Below are positions 1 to 9,717 of a stretch of DNA of 64,000 nucleotides, piece by piece (position 1 is the first letter of the stretch; every line of letters begins with the position of its first letter). A model generated the notes under the pieces. The model did no database searches. It was not told where the DNA came from and saw only the letters and a program-made list of their open reading frames with translations. This DNA is from an uncultured Gemmatimonadales bacterium. Its GTDB lineage: Bacteria > Gemmatimonadota > Gemmatimonadetes > Gemmatimonadales > GWC2-71-9. The stretch spans positions 1,504,001-1,568,000 of the forward strand of contig CAVZZO010000001.1 of NCBI GenBank assembly GCA_963779755.1. Reading direction: 5' to 3'. Position numbers and translations under genes: made by a program.

Positions 1-1070
1 CCCAGCCGCCGGATGATCTCCTCGGTGATACCGTCGGCGAGGTAGGTCTTGCTCGAGTCGCCCGTGCGGTTATCGAAGTAGAGCACCGCGAGCCCGCCGG
101 CTCCGCCGTGGCCGAACGGTTTCCGGGCGAGCCACCAGCCGGTGAGCGCCAGCAGGGCGAGGGCCAGGACGCCTCCGCCCAAACGCACGTGGCGGCGGGG
201 TGCGGGTGAGGGGGCCGGCGCGACCGGTGGCGGAGCGGGAGCGGCGTCGAAGGCGGCGGTGAACTCCCGGGGGGTGGCATAGCGGTCGGCCGGGATCTTG
301 GCCAGAGCCGTTTCGACGGCGTGCATCACCCCGGCAGGGGTGGTGGGCCGCAGGGTTCGAAGGGGCGGCACCGGGTCGATCGCGTGGCGGGCGAGCACGG
401 CCTGCGCGCTGGGCCCGGTGAAGGGCGGCTCGCCGCCCAGCATCTCGTAGAGCACGCAGCCCAGTGCGTAGATGTCGCTCCGGCCGTCGATGCGCGGATC
501 CCCGGATGCCTGTTCGGGGCTCATGTAGGCGGGGGTGCCGATGGCCAGTCCGGTTTCGGTAATGCGTTCGCCCCCGGCCGCATCCACCGCGCGGGCGATG
601 CCGAAGTCGCTGACCACGGCGTGGCCCGCCGAGAAGAGAATGTTCTCCGGTTTGATGTCGCGGTGGATCACGCCCATGCTGTGGGCGTAGCCGACCGCGT
701 CGGCCACCTCGCGGATGATCCGGAGCGCCTCGGGGAGCGGGAGCTGATGCTCCCGATCGAGGCGGCCGCGCAGCGACTCCCCCTCCACATAGGGCATGGC
801 GTAGTAGAGGAACCCGTCGGCGCTCCCGGAGTCGTGCAGAGGGAGGATATTGGGATGGGTGAGGCGCGCCGCGATGGCGATCTCGCGCAGAAACCGCTCG
901 TTCCCCACGGCCTGCGCCAGCTCGGGGCGCAGGACCTTCAGGGCGACCGGGCGATGGTGCCGGGGATCCTCCGCCAGGAACACCACCGCCATGCCGCCGT
1001 GGCCCAACTCGCGGTCGACGGTGTAGCGGCCGGCCAGAGCGGACCTGATTCGCTCAAGGAGATCGGCCAT
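1..1070 (-). CDS. Ser/Thr protein kinase with TM segment and TolB-like domain (3' end runs off window)
   Basis: Manual minus-strand translation from ATG 1070: ELGHGGMAVVFLA, VALKVL, HRDIKPENILL, DFGIA, GTPAYMSPEQ, then a hydrophobic helix and LAVLYFDN...YLADGITEEII. Not in the ORF track because it has no stop in the window. Confidence 0.95.
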   Translation of the reverse strand, partial: MADLLERIRSALAGRYTVDRELGHGGMAVVFLAEDPRHHRPVALKVLRPELAQAVGNERFLREIAIAARLTHPNILPLHDSGSADGFLYYAMPYVEGESLRGRLDREHQLPLPEALRIIREVADAVGYAHSMGVIHRDIKPENILFSAGHAVVSDFGIARAVDAAGGERITETGLAIGTPAYMSPEQASGDPRIDGRSDIYALGCVLYEMLGGEPPFTGPSAQAVLARHAIDPVPPLRTLRPTTPAGVMHAVETALAKIPADRYATPREFTAAFDAAPAPPPVAPAPSPAPRRHVRLGGGVLALALLALTGWWLARKPFGHGGAGGLAVLYFDNRTGDSSKTYLADGITEEIIRRL

Positions 1071-1199
1071 CGATGGCAAGATGGGGAAGGAGCCGGAGGG
1101 GCGCCAGAGTCCGCCGGCAAATTCGGCGCCTCTTACCAACTGCGGGTTCACGCGGTAGTCTGGACAGGCAAGCCATCCTCCTTCACCTCCGGAGCCTGC

Positions 1200-1826
1200 A
1201 TGCCCCGATTCCTGATCCGATTTCTGCTGCTCGCAGCCCTGTGCGGCTTCCTCGCTCGTCCCGTCCGGGCCCAGGAACTGGTCCTCTCCGGCGCCGCCGG
1301 CGTCTACCTGTCTCCCATGGGGAAATGGGAATTCACATCACCCGGTGGCGTGTCGCAGAGCTTTACGAACCGGGTCGCGGTGGCCTGGGGAGGTTCGGTC
1401 GGCTATCAATCGGCGGGACGGCTTGGAATCGAGGCGGCATACCGCTATGCCCCGAGCCGGACGAAATTTCACGCCGATCTTGGCGTGGGGGGCATCGGGC
1501 AGACCTTCAAGACCCACCAGACCATGACGGCCATTCGGGCAATGTACCGCCTGGCGGGAGGGGTCGGGGCAAACAGGCTCACGCTCTTCGCGGGAGCCGC
1601 CAGCATCTCCCGCGGAGGGGACCCCCTGCTGGTCGGTCGCACGAGCATCGGGGCCACGCTGGGAGCAACGCTCCAGCTGGGCCAGGGGCCGGTCGCGTTC
1701 CGGATGGACGCGGAGAACTATCTCTTCAACGTGAACTGGAGCGGACTGGCCAGACGATTCCAGAACGACCTGGTGCTTTCCGGCGGCATGGCGGTGAGGA
1801 TCGGCCTCGGCAGGTCACATTCCTGA
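1200..1826 (+). CDS. Exported outer-membrane beta-barrel-like protein
   Basis: ATG 1200 after GGAG; signal peptide MPRFLIRFLLLAALCGFLARPVRA-Q; alternating beta-strand pattern. The upstream part of ORF 321..1826 is a shadow of the kinase. Confidence 0.7.
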   Translation: MPRFLIRFLLLAALCGFLARPVRAQELVLSGAAGVYLSPMGKWEFTSPGGVSQSFTNRVAVAWGGSVGYQSAGRLGIEAAYRYAPSRTKFHADLGVGGIGQTFKTHQTMTAIRAMYRLAGGVGANRLTLFAGAASISRGGDPLLVGRTSIGATLGATLQLGQGPVAFRMDAENYLFNVNWSGLARRFQNDLVLSGGMAVRIGLGRSHS

Positions 1827-1937
1827 AAGGGGCCGTTTTCCCCTGTCGCCCTCCGGCCGGTTGCCCCGCCGGGCGGTGGCCGGACAGATTGTCCTATCTG
1901 CCTGGTTCAACCCCTCATCCGCGTCCGGAGAGCAACC

Positions 1938-3953
1938 GTGAGGACCCACCCTCGTTTGAGCGCCGTTCCCGCCCTCGCCCTCGTCCTCCTCCTCCCGGTT
2001 CAACTCGCCGCCCAGAGCCTGCCCGCACCGTCGGCCGATCCCGCCGCCACGGCGCAAGAGGGCCGACCCATCCCCGGCCCGGTGTTCGAGACCGCGGGAT
2101 TCACCCGGGCGGTGAAGCGGGGAACCCGGACACGCACGGGCACCCCGGGGCCGGGCTACTGGGTGCAGCACGCCCGCTATATGATTGACGCCAAGCTGGA
2201 CGTGAAACGCGACCGGCTCGAGGGAAGGGAGCGGGTGATCTATCTCAACAACTCGCCCGATACGCTCCGGCGGGTGGCGGTCTATCTGCGGCAGAACATG
2301 TTCGCGCCGGGAAATCCGCGGCGGGACCCGGTGCCTGTCACCGGCGGGGTCAGGCTGGCGCGAGTGGTGGCGGACGGGCAGGACCTGCGGCCGGCTGCGC
2401 CACGCCAGCGGGGTATGAGGCCCGACTCCTCCGCCGCCTACCGGGTGGACGGCACTATCATGTGGATCCGTCTCCCTCATCCGTTGCTCCCCGGCGACAG
2501 CGCGGCGTTCGAGTTTGTCTGGTCCTTCACTCCGCCGCCGGCGCCGTCCGACGGCCGCGAGGGGCACGAGGACGGGGTCTACTTCCTGGGCTACTGGTAT
2601 CCCCAGCTGGCGGTGTATGACGACGTCAACGGCTGGGTGACCGATCCCTACCTGGGCGCCGAGTTCTACATGGATCCGGCGGATTACGACGTACGGCTGA
2701 CCGTGCCGCGGGGCTGGGTGGTGGGCGCCACAGGAGTCCTGCAGGACTCGGCCAGCGTGCTCTCCCGGCAGACCATGCAGCGGCTGGCGCAGACGCGGCG
2801 GAGCCGGGAGGTGGTGCACGTGATCATGCCGTCGGAGGTGGGGTCCAGCGCCGCGTTGGCCGGCGGCAGGCCGGTGTGGCACTTCATCGCCCGCAACGTG
2901 CGGGATTTTTCCTGGGGTACCAGCGACCGCTACGCCTGGGACGCGACCATTGCGCTGGTGCGCGACTCCGCCCGGGGCACGACGGATACCGTGGCTATCA
3001 ACAGTTTCTTCCGGCTGACGCCGGAGGCGGCCGCGTGGGCGGCAGGCGGCGCCCGCTTCACCCGCGACGCCATCGAACAACTGTCATCCTACCTGTGGCC
3101 CTATCCCTGGCCGCAGATGACGTCGATGGAGGGAGTGCTCACCAGCGGCGGGATGGAATATCCCATGATGACCGTCATGCAGCCCTGGGCGGACACGCTG
3201 TCACTGGCGGGCGACCTGATGCACGAGACCGGCCATATGTGGTTCCCCATGCAGGTGGGGTCGAACGAGACGCGGCATCCCTGGATGGACGAGGGGCTCA
3301 CCCAGTTCGATGTGGCGCAGGCGATGCGGCCGCTCTACGGCGAGCCGCGGGAAGGCGGCCGGCCCAACGACTCGGAGCAGGGGCAGCGCCTGCTCTACCT
3401 TCAGGCGGCCCGGCGGGGGCAGGACGCGCCGCTCATGCAATGGGGAGATCTTTTTCCTCAGGATCTCTACTTCATTGATTTCTACGACAAGACTGCGCAG
3501 GTCCTGGTGGCGCTGCGAACGGTCGTAGGGGAGGACACGTTCCACCGCGCGCTCCGGGAATACGGCCGGCGCTGGACGGGACGGCATCCCGATGCGCTGG
3601 ACTTCTTCAATACCTTCGACCACGTGGCCGGGCGGGATCTCTCCTGGTTCTGGCAGAGCTGGTTCTACCGCGCGTGGCCGCTGAACCAGGCGCTCGCTTC
3701 GGTCCGCGACGACGGCGATTCGGTGGCGATCACGGTGGTCGACCGCGGCCTGGTGCCCATGCCGGTTCCCCTCACCATCAGCCGGGAAGACGGCGAGGCC
3801 CAGCGGCTGGTGATCCCGGTGGATGTCTGGCTCGGCGGCGCCCGGAAGGCCACCGTCCGGGTGGCTCGCGGTACCGGCGTGGTGCGGGTGGAGATCGATC
3901 CGGAGGCCGGATATCCCGATCTGGATCGGAGCGACCAGGTGTGGAGCCGTTGA
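1938..3953 (+). CDS. M1 family zinc metallopeptidase, exported
   Basis: Signal peptide; GGMEYP motif; HETGH...WMDEG zinc motif. Confidence 0.93.
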   Translation: MRTHPRLSAVPALALVLLLPVQLAAQSLPAPSADPAATAQEGRPIPGPVFETAGFTRAVKRGTRTRTGTPGPGYWVQHARYMIDAKLDVKRDRLEGRERVIYLNNSPDTLRRVAVYLRQNMFAPGNPRRDPVPVTGGVRLARVVADGQDLRPAAPRQRGMRPDSSAAYRVDGTIMWIRLPHPLLPGDSAAFEFVWSFTPPPAPSDGREGHEDGVYFLGYWYPQLAVYDDVNGWVTDPYLGAEFYMDPADYDVRLTVPRGWVVGATGVLQDSASVLSRQTMQRLAQTRRSREVVHVIMPSEVGSSAALAGGRPVWHFIARNVRDFSWGTSDRYAWDATIALVRDSARGTTDTVAINSFFRLTPEAAAWAAGGARFTRDAIEQLSSYLWPYPWPQMTSMEGVLTSGGMEYPMMTVMQPWADTLSLAGDLMHETGHMWFPMQVGSNETRHPWMDEGLTQFDVAQAMRPLYGEPREGGRPNDSEQGQRLLYLQAARRGQDAPLMQWGDLFPQDLYFIDFYDKTAQVLVALRTVVGEDTFHRALREYGRRWTGRHPDALDFFNTFDHVAGRDLSWFWQSWFYRAWPLNQALASVRDDGDSVAITVVDRGLVPMPVPLTISREDGEAQRLVIPVDVWLGGARKATVRVARGTGVVRVEIDPEAGYPDLDRSDQVWSR

Positions 3954-3956
3954 CGA

Positions 3957-4031
3957 GGGATCAGGAATGAGGAATCAGGAACCAGGGCCTGCACTCGAGG
4001 GTTTCAGTCCCTGTTCCTGATTCCTGATCCC
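3957..4031. repeat. TCAGGAA-type heptamer inverted-repeat hairpin between convergent genes
   Basis: gggatcaggaat (3957-3968) pairs with attcctgatccc (4020-4031); arms are built from heptamers. Confidence 0.8.
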
Positions 4032-4043
4032 CACTCCGTACCC

Positions 4044-4511
4044 CTATTCCTCCTGCTCCAGCTCTTCCCCGTTCGGCCCGACCTGGACCTCGCGCCGCTC
4101 CGAGCCGTTCTTCACCACGGCCTCCCAGGCCACGAGCTTCCCCCTTTTGGTGAGACTCTCGACCCGCTGGATGGTGCCGCCTTCGGCTTCCTTCTGGAGT
4201 GCTTCGCGGACGGCAGCGGGCAGGGAGTCCAGGCTCACCTGCTCCTCGATCTCCACCACATTGCCGTTGGCGTCCATCAGCAGGTCCTTGCTGTGGCCGT
4301 TGACCGTCATCTCCGCTTCGTAGAAAGTCCGGCCGTTCTCCGTTTCCCGGGCGAACCCCTTGACGGTCGCCCCCTTGCTCTGGGCATCCACCGTCTGCTG
4401 TACCGCCGCCGGAAGCTCGGAACGTTTCACTGCTTTCTCCTGCGCGGACACCCGGGCGGCACCGGCGAGGCAGAGTGCCGTCAGGGCTTCAAGTATGCGC
4501 CGCACCTGCAT
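4044..4511 (-). CDS. Exported protein with two PepSY-like/BLIP-like repeats
   Basis: Signal peptide; repeated LPAAV...YE/WEA...G motif twice. Start chosen at ATG 4511. Confidence 0.75.
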   Translation of the reverse strand: MQVRRILEALTALCLAGAARVSAQEKAVKRSELPAAVQQTVDAQSKGATVKGFARETENGRTFYEAEMTVNGHSKDLLMDANGNVVEIEEQVSLDSLPAAVREALQKEAEGGTIQRVESLTKRGKLVAWEAVVKNGSERREVQVGPNGEELEQEE

Positions 4512-4703
4512 TGGGCCCACTCCCGAAAAGTGACGGGGTCGAAGCTAAACGGGCGAGGTGTCTGGATCGTGACGCGGCCGCTGGACCGGGCGCGTCCCCG
4601 GGTTCTAGATTCCGGGGAACCATCGGCTCTGCTGTGCGCCCGGCCCCGGTCCTGGGCGTCTCTCCGGGTATTGATGGCCTCACTTCCAGCCTGAGGTTTT
4701 ACC

Positions 4704-5513
4704 ATGGCCGCCAGCCCGTTACCGCAGGGGCGCTCTCCCGCCAGCGCCGAGATCAACGGCTTCACGCTTGCCGAAGGCGTGCACCCGCAGGGCAGCCGCC
4801 TGCCCTGGCACACGCACGACGGGCCGACCATCTGTTTCGTGCTGCAGGGCGGCTTTGTTGAGGGCTTTCACGGCCGCTCGCTGACCTGCGAGCCGGCCAT
4901 GGTAAAGTTTACTCCGGCGGGGGAGCCCCATTTCAATCGCTTCGACTGGACCGACACCCGCGGTCTCCTGGTCGAGGTCGCGCCGGCGCGGGCCCGGGAA
5001 CTGAGCCCGCGGGCCCCGGTGCTCGATCAGTTGGTCCATTTCCAGGGGGGGCTGGCTGCCGCGCTGGCGCTGCGGGTGCATCGCGAGTTGCGGTCGTCCG
5101 ATTCGTCGGCTGGTCTCGCCATTGAAGGGCTGCTGCTCGAGCTCCTCGCCCAGGCCGGCCGGGGGGAGGGGCCGGAGCGGAGGCGCGATCTCCCCCCCTA
5201 CGTGCTTCACGCGCGCGACCTGCTGCACGAGAGCCTGTCCGACGGCATCAGCCTGAGCCAGCTGGCGGAACGAGTGGAGGCGCACCCCGTGACGCTGACC
5301 CGGGCGTTCCGGCGCGCCTTCGGGTGTTCGGTGGGAGAATACCTGCGGCGCCTCCGGCTGGAGCGCGCCACCCAGCAGCTCACCGCGACCGACCTCCCGC
5401 TGGCCCGGATCGCGGCCGACGCCGGCTTCGCCGACCAGGCCCATTTCTCCAACCTGTTCCGCCGCCGGACCGGCCTCTCGCCCTCCCGTTTCCGGCAGGC
5501 ATTGCGGCAATAG
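4704..5513 (+). CDS. AraC family transcriptional regulator
   Basis: N-terminal cupin HTH(D) and C-terminal double HTH ...IAADAGFADQAHFSNLFRRRTGLSP. Confidence 0.95.
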   Translation: MAASPLPQGRSPASAEINGFTLAEGVHPQGSRLPWHTHDGPTICFVLQGGFVEGFHGRSLTCEPAMVKFTPAGEPHFNRFDWTDTRGLLVEVAPARARELSPRAPVLDQLVHFQGGLAAALALRVHRELRSSDSSAGLAIEGLLLELLAQAGRGEGPERRRDLPPYVLHARDLLHESLSDGISLSQLAERVEAHPVTLTRAFRRAFGCSVGEYLRRLRLERATQQLTATDLPLARIAADAGFADQAHFSNLFRRRTGLSPSRFRQALRQ

Positions 5514-5520
5514 TGCCGGC

Positions 5521-8500
5521 TCAGGGACCGGAGCCGGTACCGGTCCGGCCCGGGAACCCGATTTGTCCCCGTTCGGTTTTGTAGAGGATATCCGCTCCCG
5601 TCGTGCCGCCCCGTTCAGCCTGCAGGGTCCAGTGCCGGGTGATCTGGTACTGGATCCGGACGGTGGACACCGGGCTGAAAAGGCCGATGGCGTAGCTGAC
5701 ATAGAGGTCGGGCGAGAGGTACTTCCCGGCCACGAAGGACGCCTGCTGCAGGTCGCCCGAGGTTTGCACCTTCGCGCTGCTGAGCCCCAGGGCCGAGCCG
5801 ACCGATTTCGCCAGGAAGTTGCCCCCCCGCAGGCCCGCCGCGTTCACCGCCTTGCCCACCAGCGTGCCGTTGGACCCGCCGGCCTCCCCCGGTGCGTGCC
5901 CGGTTACGAGATACGCCAGCGCCCGGTCCTGCGCCATGGCGGGGTTGGAGAAAATATTGACCTGGGGATTCTGCAGGGTGCCGGTGATGCGCAGCCCGGC
6001 GACCGTGCTGTCCGCGGCAGTCCGGGTGGCTTCGATGGCCAGGGTGGGGTTGGTCACCGGACCGCCCGCGAAGCGGACCTGCCCGTTCTGGACGGTAAGG
6101 TCCTGGCCGTACGCCTTGTAGTGGCCCTGCTGGATCACCAGCTCGCCGCTGGCCGTGGGCGTGCGCCCGGGCGATTGCGCCAGCTGGAGCCGTCCACCCA
6201 GTTCGGTCGTGAAGTTGAATCCCTGGAAGGTGACGCTGTCGCCCAGGATGATCTCCAGCCGCGACGCGATACGCCACCCGCTGGAGGGGGGCGGTGCGGA
6301 ATCGCCCACAAACACCACATCGTCGCTGGGGGGCACCGAGGATTCCGGCGTTTCGGTGAGATGCACCGCAACGAGCGGCAGCTTCAGCGTGCCCTGGATG
6401 TTGATGCTGTCGCCGGCCATCGTGGCATTCACGTCGGGCGAGATCAGCGCGTGGACTTCCGGGGTATTGATCGCCTCGAACCCGGTGCCCTGCACGTGCA
6501 GGTGGGCCGGTTCCTCCACCGTGGGATGCAGCGGGCTGGTGCCGGTGATCACGATCTGCCCCGGATCGGACCAGAGACTGGCATGCAGCGAGAGTGCGCC
6601 GCTGCTGTCGGCCTGCGCCGTCAGGTTGAGGTCGTGATACAGGACCCCGAGCAGCGGGAGCCGCGCCGAGACGCTGTCCAGCGAGAGGCTGCCGGACGCG
6701 TGGGGATGCTTCACCGTGCCGTCCGCTCGCAGCGCCAGCCGCGCGGAGCCGTCGAGGCTGTCAACCTGAGCAGTAAACCCGGCCAGGAAGCCCAGTTCCT
6801 GCACTTGCCCGTCCACCCGGGCGGTCAGCGGCTGCTGAGCGACCGGTGGCCCCACCCGGGTGTACTGCGGCAGCCGCAGCGTACCGGTGATGCGGCCGAC
6901 CCGCGCCCCCCCCTCGTCGGCAAAGAGCAGTGTCAGGTTTCCATCCAGCCCGGCGCTGTCCACCCGCACCATCACGCCGGTATCGGCCAGCGCCACGCGC
7001 GCGGTACTGGAGGTGTCCGCCCCTGAAATGGCGAGGCCGCGGGGCACCAGGCGAAAGAACCCGGTGATGCTGCTGTCCGGCGCGACGTCGGCCCGCAGTT
7101 CGCCCTCCATGCCGCCGGTGATGCGGGCGCCCTGGGGAAGCAGCGCGAGCAGATGGTCGACCGCCAGGGTGCTCCGGATCTGAGGCGTGGCGACCGTGCC
7201 GCTGACGGTGGCATGCAGCGCCAGCCGGCCCTGCAGGGTGTCAAATCGGGCGGTCAGCGCCTGCAGGATGGCGAGTTGCCGAAGGTCGGTGTCGAGGCGC
7301 AGGTCCACGGGCTCGGGCCCGAGCGGCGCCCCCAGCCGGCGATACTCCGGCAGGGCGAGCGTCGCCTGCAGAGTGCCGAGCGGCGCATGGTTGATGTCGC
7401 TGAACCCGAGCGCCAGCCGGGCGTGCATGCCGGTATCGGCGGTGGCCCGGAGGGCGCCGCTGTCCACCACCACCTGCCGCTTGATGCCGGCGATGGGGTA
7501 CTCGTAGATCACGCCCCGGGGAACCACCGTCAGGCTGCCGGCCAGTTGCCGCGTGCTGTCGATGCGCCCCGCCAGGGTTGCGTTCACCGTGCCGCGCGCC
7601 ACCCGGTTTTCGCCCAGCCAGGCGGTCATCTTCGTCAACGCGAGCTGGCCCCGGATGTCCGGCGCCCGCACCGTGCCGTCCGCCTGCGCTTCCAGCGAAA
7701 TATCCCCGGTGAGGCTGTCCAGCCGAGAGGTAAAGGCGCGGGTGACCGCCAAGTTCACCATTTCGCCGGTGAGCCGGAGCTGCACCGGCTGGGTCATCAG
7801 TTCCTGATGCAGATTGTGATACTGCGGCAGCGTGAGGCTGGCGGTGAGATGGCCGACCGGGGAGCGGTCGGGTGCCACCAGCGCGAGGCGCAGGGTCGAC
7901 TCCAGGCCTTGGGCGCCGGCATCGAGCGCCAGGGTGGCGGTGTCGAAGACCACCTGCTGCAGCGCCGTATCGGACGGCGAGAGCGGATAAACAAAGGCGG
8001 TGCCCGCCGTATGCAGGGTGCCCCGGGCGCTGAGCCGGCCGCCGCGGGCCGAGGCGGTGAGCTTCCCCGACAGAGTTCCTGTGAAGCCCTGGCGCGTCCC
8101 CAACATGGAATCGGGCAGGACAGAATCGATCAGCGCCATCGGGAAGGAGTCGAGGCTGGTGGTGACCTGCCACTGATCGGCGGAGGCAAAGCGGCCGGCG
8201 GCGCAAAGGTGCGCAGGCGTGCTGTCGCGCGAGACCAGGCAGAGACGGCTCAGGGTGTCCGCCCCGGAGGCGACGGCCAACGCCGCCGGCCGGCTGAGCC
8301 GCCACCGGCCCAGGACTGGATCGTACAGGCGAAGACTGTCCACCGTGCCGCTCCATCCGCCCGGCTCGAGGGCTCCGGCGGCGGCGAGCGTCGCGGTGGT
8401 GCGGGGGCCCAGGGCCCGGAGCCGGACACGATGCGACGTCCGGCTGCCGCGCACCGTAAGGTCTACCGTGTCCAGGTGGACCGGTCCGGCCACCGCATCC

Positions 8501-9717
8501 GATCCGGTGAGCTGGATGTCGAGCGGCCCCCTGCCAGCGAGCGCCGCGTCAACCTTCAACCGGAGCCGGGCCAGGCTGTCGCTGTTCCAGGCAAGCTGCT
8601 TCCCCCGGGCGGTGGCGCTGACGCGCGGCGCCGTTCGCGACCCGGTGAGCGAGCCCTGCGCGGCGAGACTACCGGCGGCTCCGTTCACCAGCGTGCCCAG
8701 CCGGCCGGCGCCGGCCCGGAACGCGAGGGACAGGGTATCGCCCGCGTAGCCGGAGAGATCCAGCCGGGCCGTTCCCCAGGCGGCGCTGAGGGAGGGGATG
8801 CCAATGGCGGTGGTCGAGTCGGGCGTGTTCCCCAGCAGGCGCAGGGTGCCGGTGCCGCTCAGCAGTTGGTGGCGCAGGCTGCCGGTGACGGTGTCGATCG
8901 CCACCGTGCCATACACTCCGGTGCTGTCCTTCCTGCCTTTCACTCGCGCGCGGAACGCCAGCACGCCGGGCCAGCGCGCCGGGCGGCCCGTGAGCAGGCC
9001 CGGCTCAAGCTCATGGCCCGCCACCGCGAGGTTCCACGAGATGCCGGGCCACCAGGTCACGTCGCCGGTGGCCAGCAGCCGTCCCCGCAGCAGGGGTACG
9101 ACGGCGGTATCGAGGTGGATCTGCGTGAGGCCGCCCGCACCAACCAGCCCGATCCGCAGCGTATCCAGCTGCGGCATGGAATCGAACTGCGGCAGCGACA
9201 GGGCCAGACTGGCGCGAATCTCGTAGCCGTCGGCGGGGCCGCTTATCCGCGCTTGTCCCTGTTCCACCGCAATGCCGCCCGGCGCGCGTACCGTGAAACC
9301 CCGGACGGTGGTGTTGTGCATGACGATACCGACCGGCAGGCTGGGCTTCCGGGGTGGTCCCTCGCTGGGCGGTGTCGAATCGGGAATCACCACGTGCAGC
9401 CCCACCAGGTGCAGCGAATCGATTCGTACCTGTTTCCGCAGCAGGCCGAAGGGACTCCAGTCAAACAGCAGGCTGTCGATGGTGATATCGGCGCTGGCGG
9501 TCCTGAGCCGCACGCCGCCCAGCGCCAGGGGGCCTCCCAGGTCGCCGTGGATGCGGGCGATGGCCAGGGTCGTATCGGCGGCGACCGCCCGGTGCAGGGC
9601 CCACTGAAGGATCCGGTCGCTCTTGAGGGCGATCCAGAGCACCACGAGCAGCAGGATCACCAGGCTGCCCAGGACGATCCCGGTCCACTTGAGGACGCGC
9701 TTCACGCCCCGGCTCAC
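5521..9717 (-). CDS. tamB: Translocation and assembly module TamB
   Basis: N-terminal anchor helix, long beta-rich body, C-terminal DUF490-like YKAYGQDL...GKYLSPDLYVSY; directly downstream of tamA with 4-nt overlap. Confidence 0.92.
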   Translation of the reverse strand: MSRGVKRVLKWTGIVLGSLVILLLVVLWIALKSDRILQWALHRAVAADTTLAIARIHGDLGGPLALGGVRLRTASADITIDSLLFDWSPFGLLRKQVRIDSLHLVGLHVVIPDSTPPSEGPPRKPSLPVGIVMHNTTVRGFTVRAPGGIAVEQGQARISGPADGYEIRASLALSLPQFDSMPQLDTLRIGLVGAGGLTQIHLDTAVVPLLRGRLLATGDVTWWPGISWNLAVAGHELEPGLLTGRPARWPGVLAFRARVKGRKDSTGVYGTVAIDTVTGSLRHQLLSGTGTLRLLGNTPDSTTAIGIPSLSAAWGTARLDLSGYAGDTLSLAFRAGAGRLGTLVNGAAGSLAAQGSLTGSRTAPRVSATARGKQLAWNSDSLARLRLKVDAALAGRGPLDIQLTGSDAVAGPVHLDTVDLTVRGSRTSHRVRLRALGPRTTATLAAAGALEPGGWSGTVDSLRLYDPVLGRWRLSRPAALAVASGADTLSRLCLVSRDSTPAHLCAAGRFASADQWQVTTSLDSFPMALIDSVLPDSMLGTRQGFTGTLSGKLTASARGGRLSARGTLHTAGTAFVYPLSPSDTALQQVVFDTATLALDAGAQGLESTLRLALVAPDRSPVGHLTASLTLPQYHNLHQELMTQPVQLRLTGEMVNLAVTRAFTSRLDSLTGDISLEAQADGTVRAPDIRGQLALTKMTAWLGENRVARGTVNATLAGRIDSTRQLAGSLTVVPRGVIYEYPIAGIKRQVVVDSGALRATADTGMHARLALGFSDINHAPLGTLQATLALPEYRRLGAPLGPEPVDLRLDTDLRQLAILQALTARFDTLQGRLALHATVSGTVATPQIRSTLAVDHLLALLPQGARITGGMEGELRADVAPDSSITGFFRLVPRGLAISGADTSSTARVALADTGVMVRVDSAGLDGNLTLLFADEGGARVGRITGTLRLPQYTRVGPPVAQQPLTARVDGQVQELGFLAGFTAQVDSLDGSARLALRADGTVKHPHASGSLSLDSVSARLPLLGVLYHDLNLTAQADSSGALSLHASLWSDPGQIVITGTSPLHPTVEEPAHLHVQGTGFEAINTPEVHALISPDVNATMAGDSINIQGTLKLPLVAVHLTETPESSVPPSDDVVFVGDSAPPPSSGWRIASRLEIILGDSVTFQGFNFTTELGGRLQLAQSPGRTPTASGELVIQQGHYKAYGQDLTVQNGQVRFAGGPVTNPTLAIEATRTAADSTVAGLRITGTLQNPQVNIFSNPAMAQDRALAYLVTGHAPGEAGGSNGTLVGKAVNAAGLRGGNFLAKSVGSALGLSSAKVQTSGDLQQASFVAGKYLSPDLYVSYAIGLFSPVSTVRIQYQITRHWTLQAERGGTTGADILYKTERGQIGFPGRTGTGSGP

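Noticed and set aside
321..1199. N-terminal part of the 501-aa plus-strand ORF
   Set aside because: Antisense shadow of the kinase; the real gene starts at 1200 with an RBS and signal peptide.
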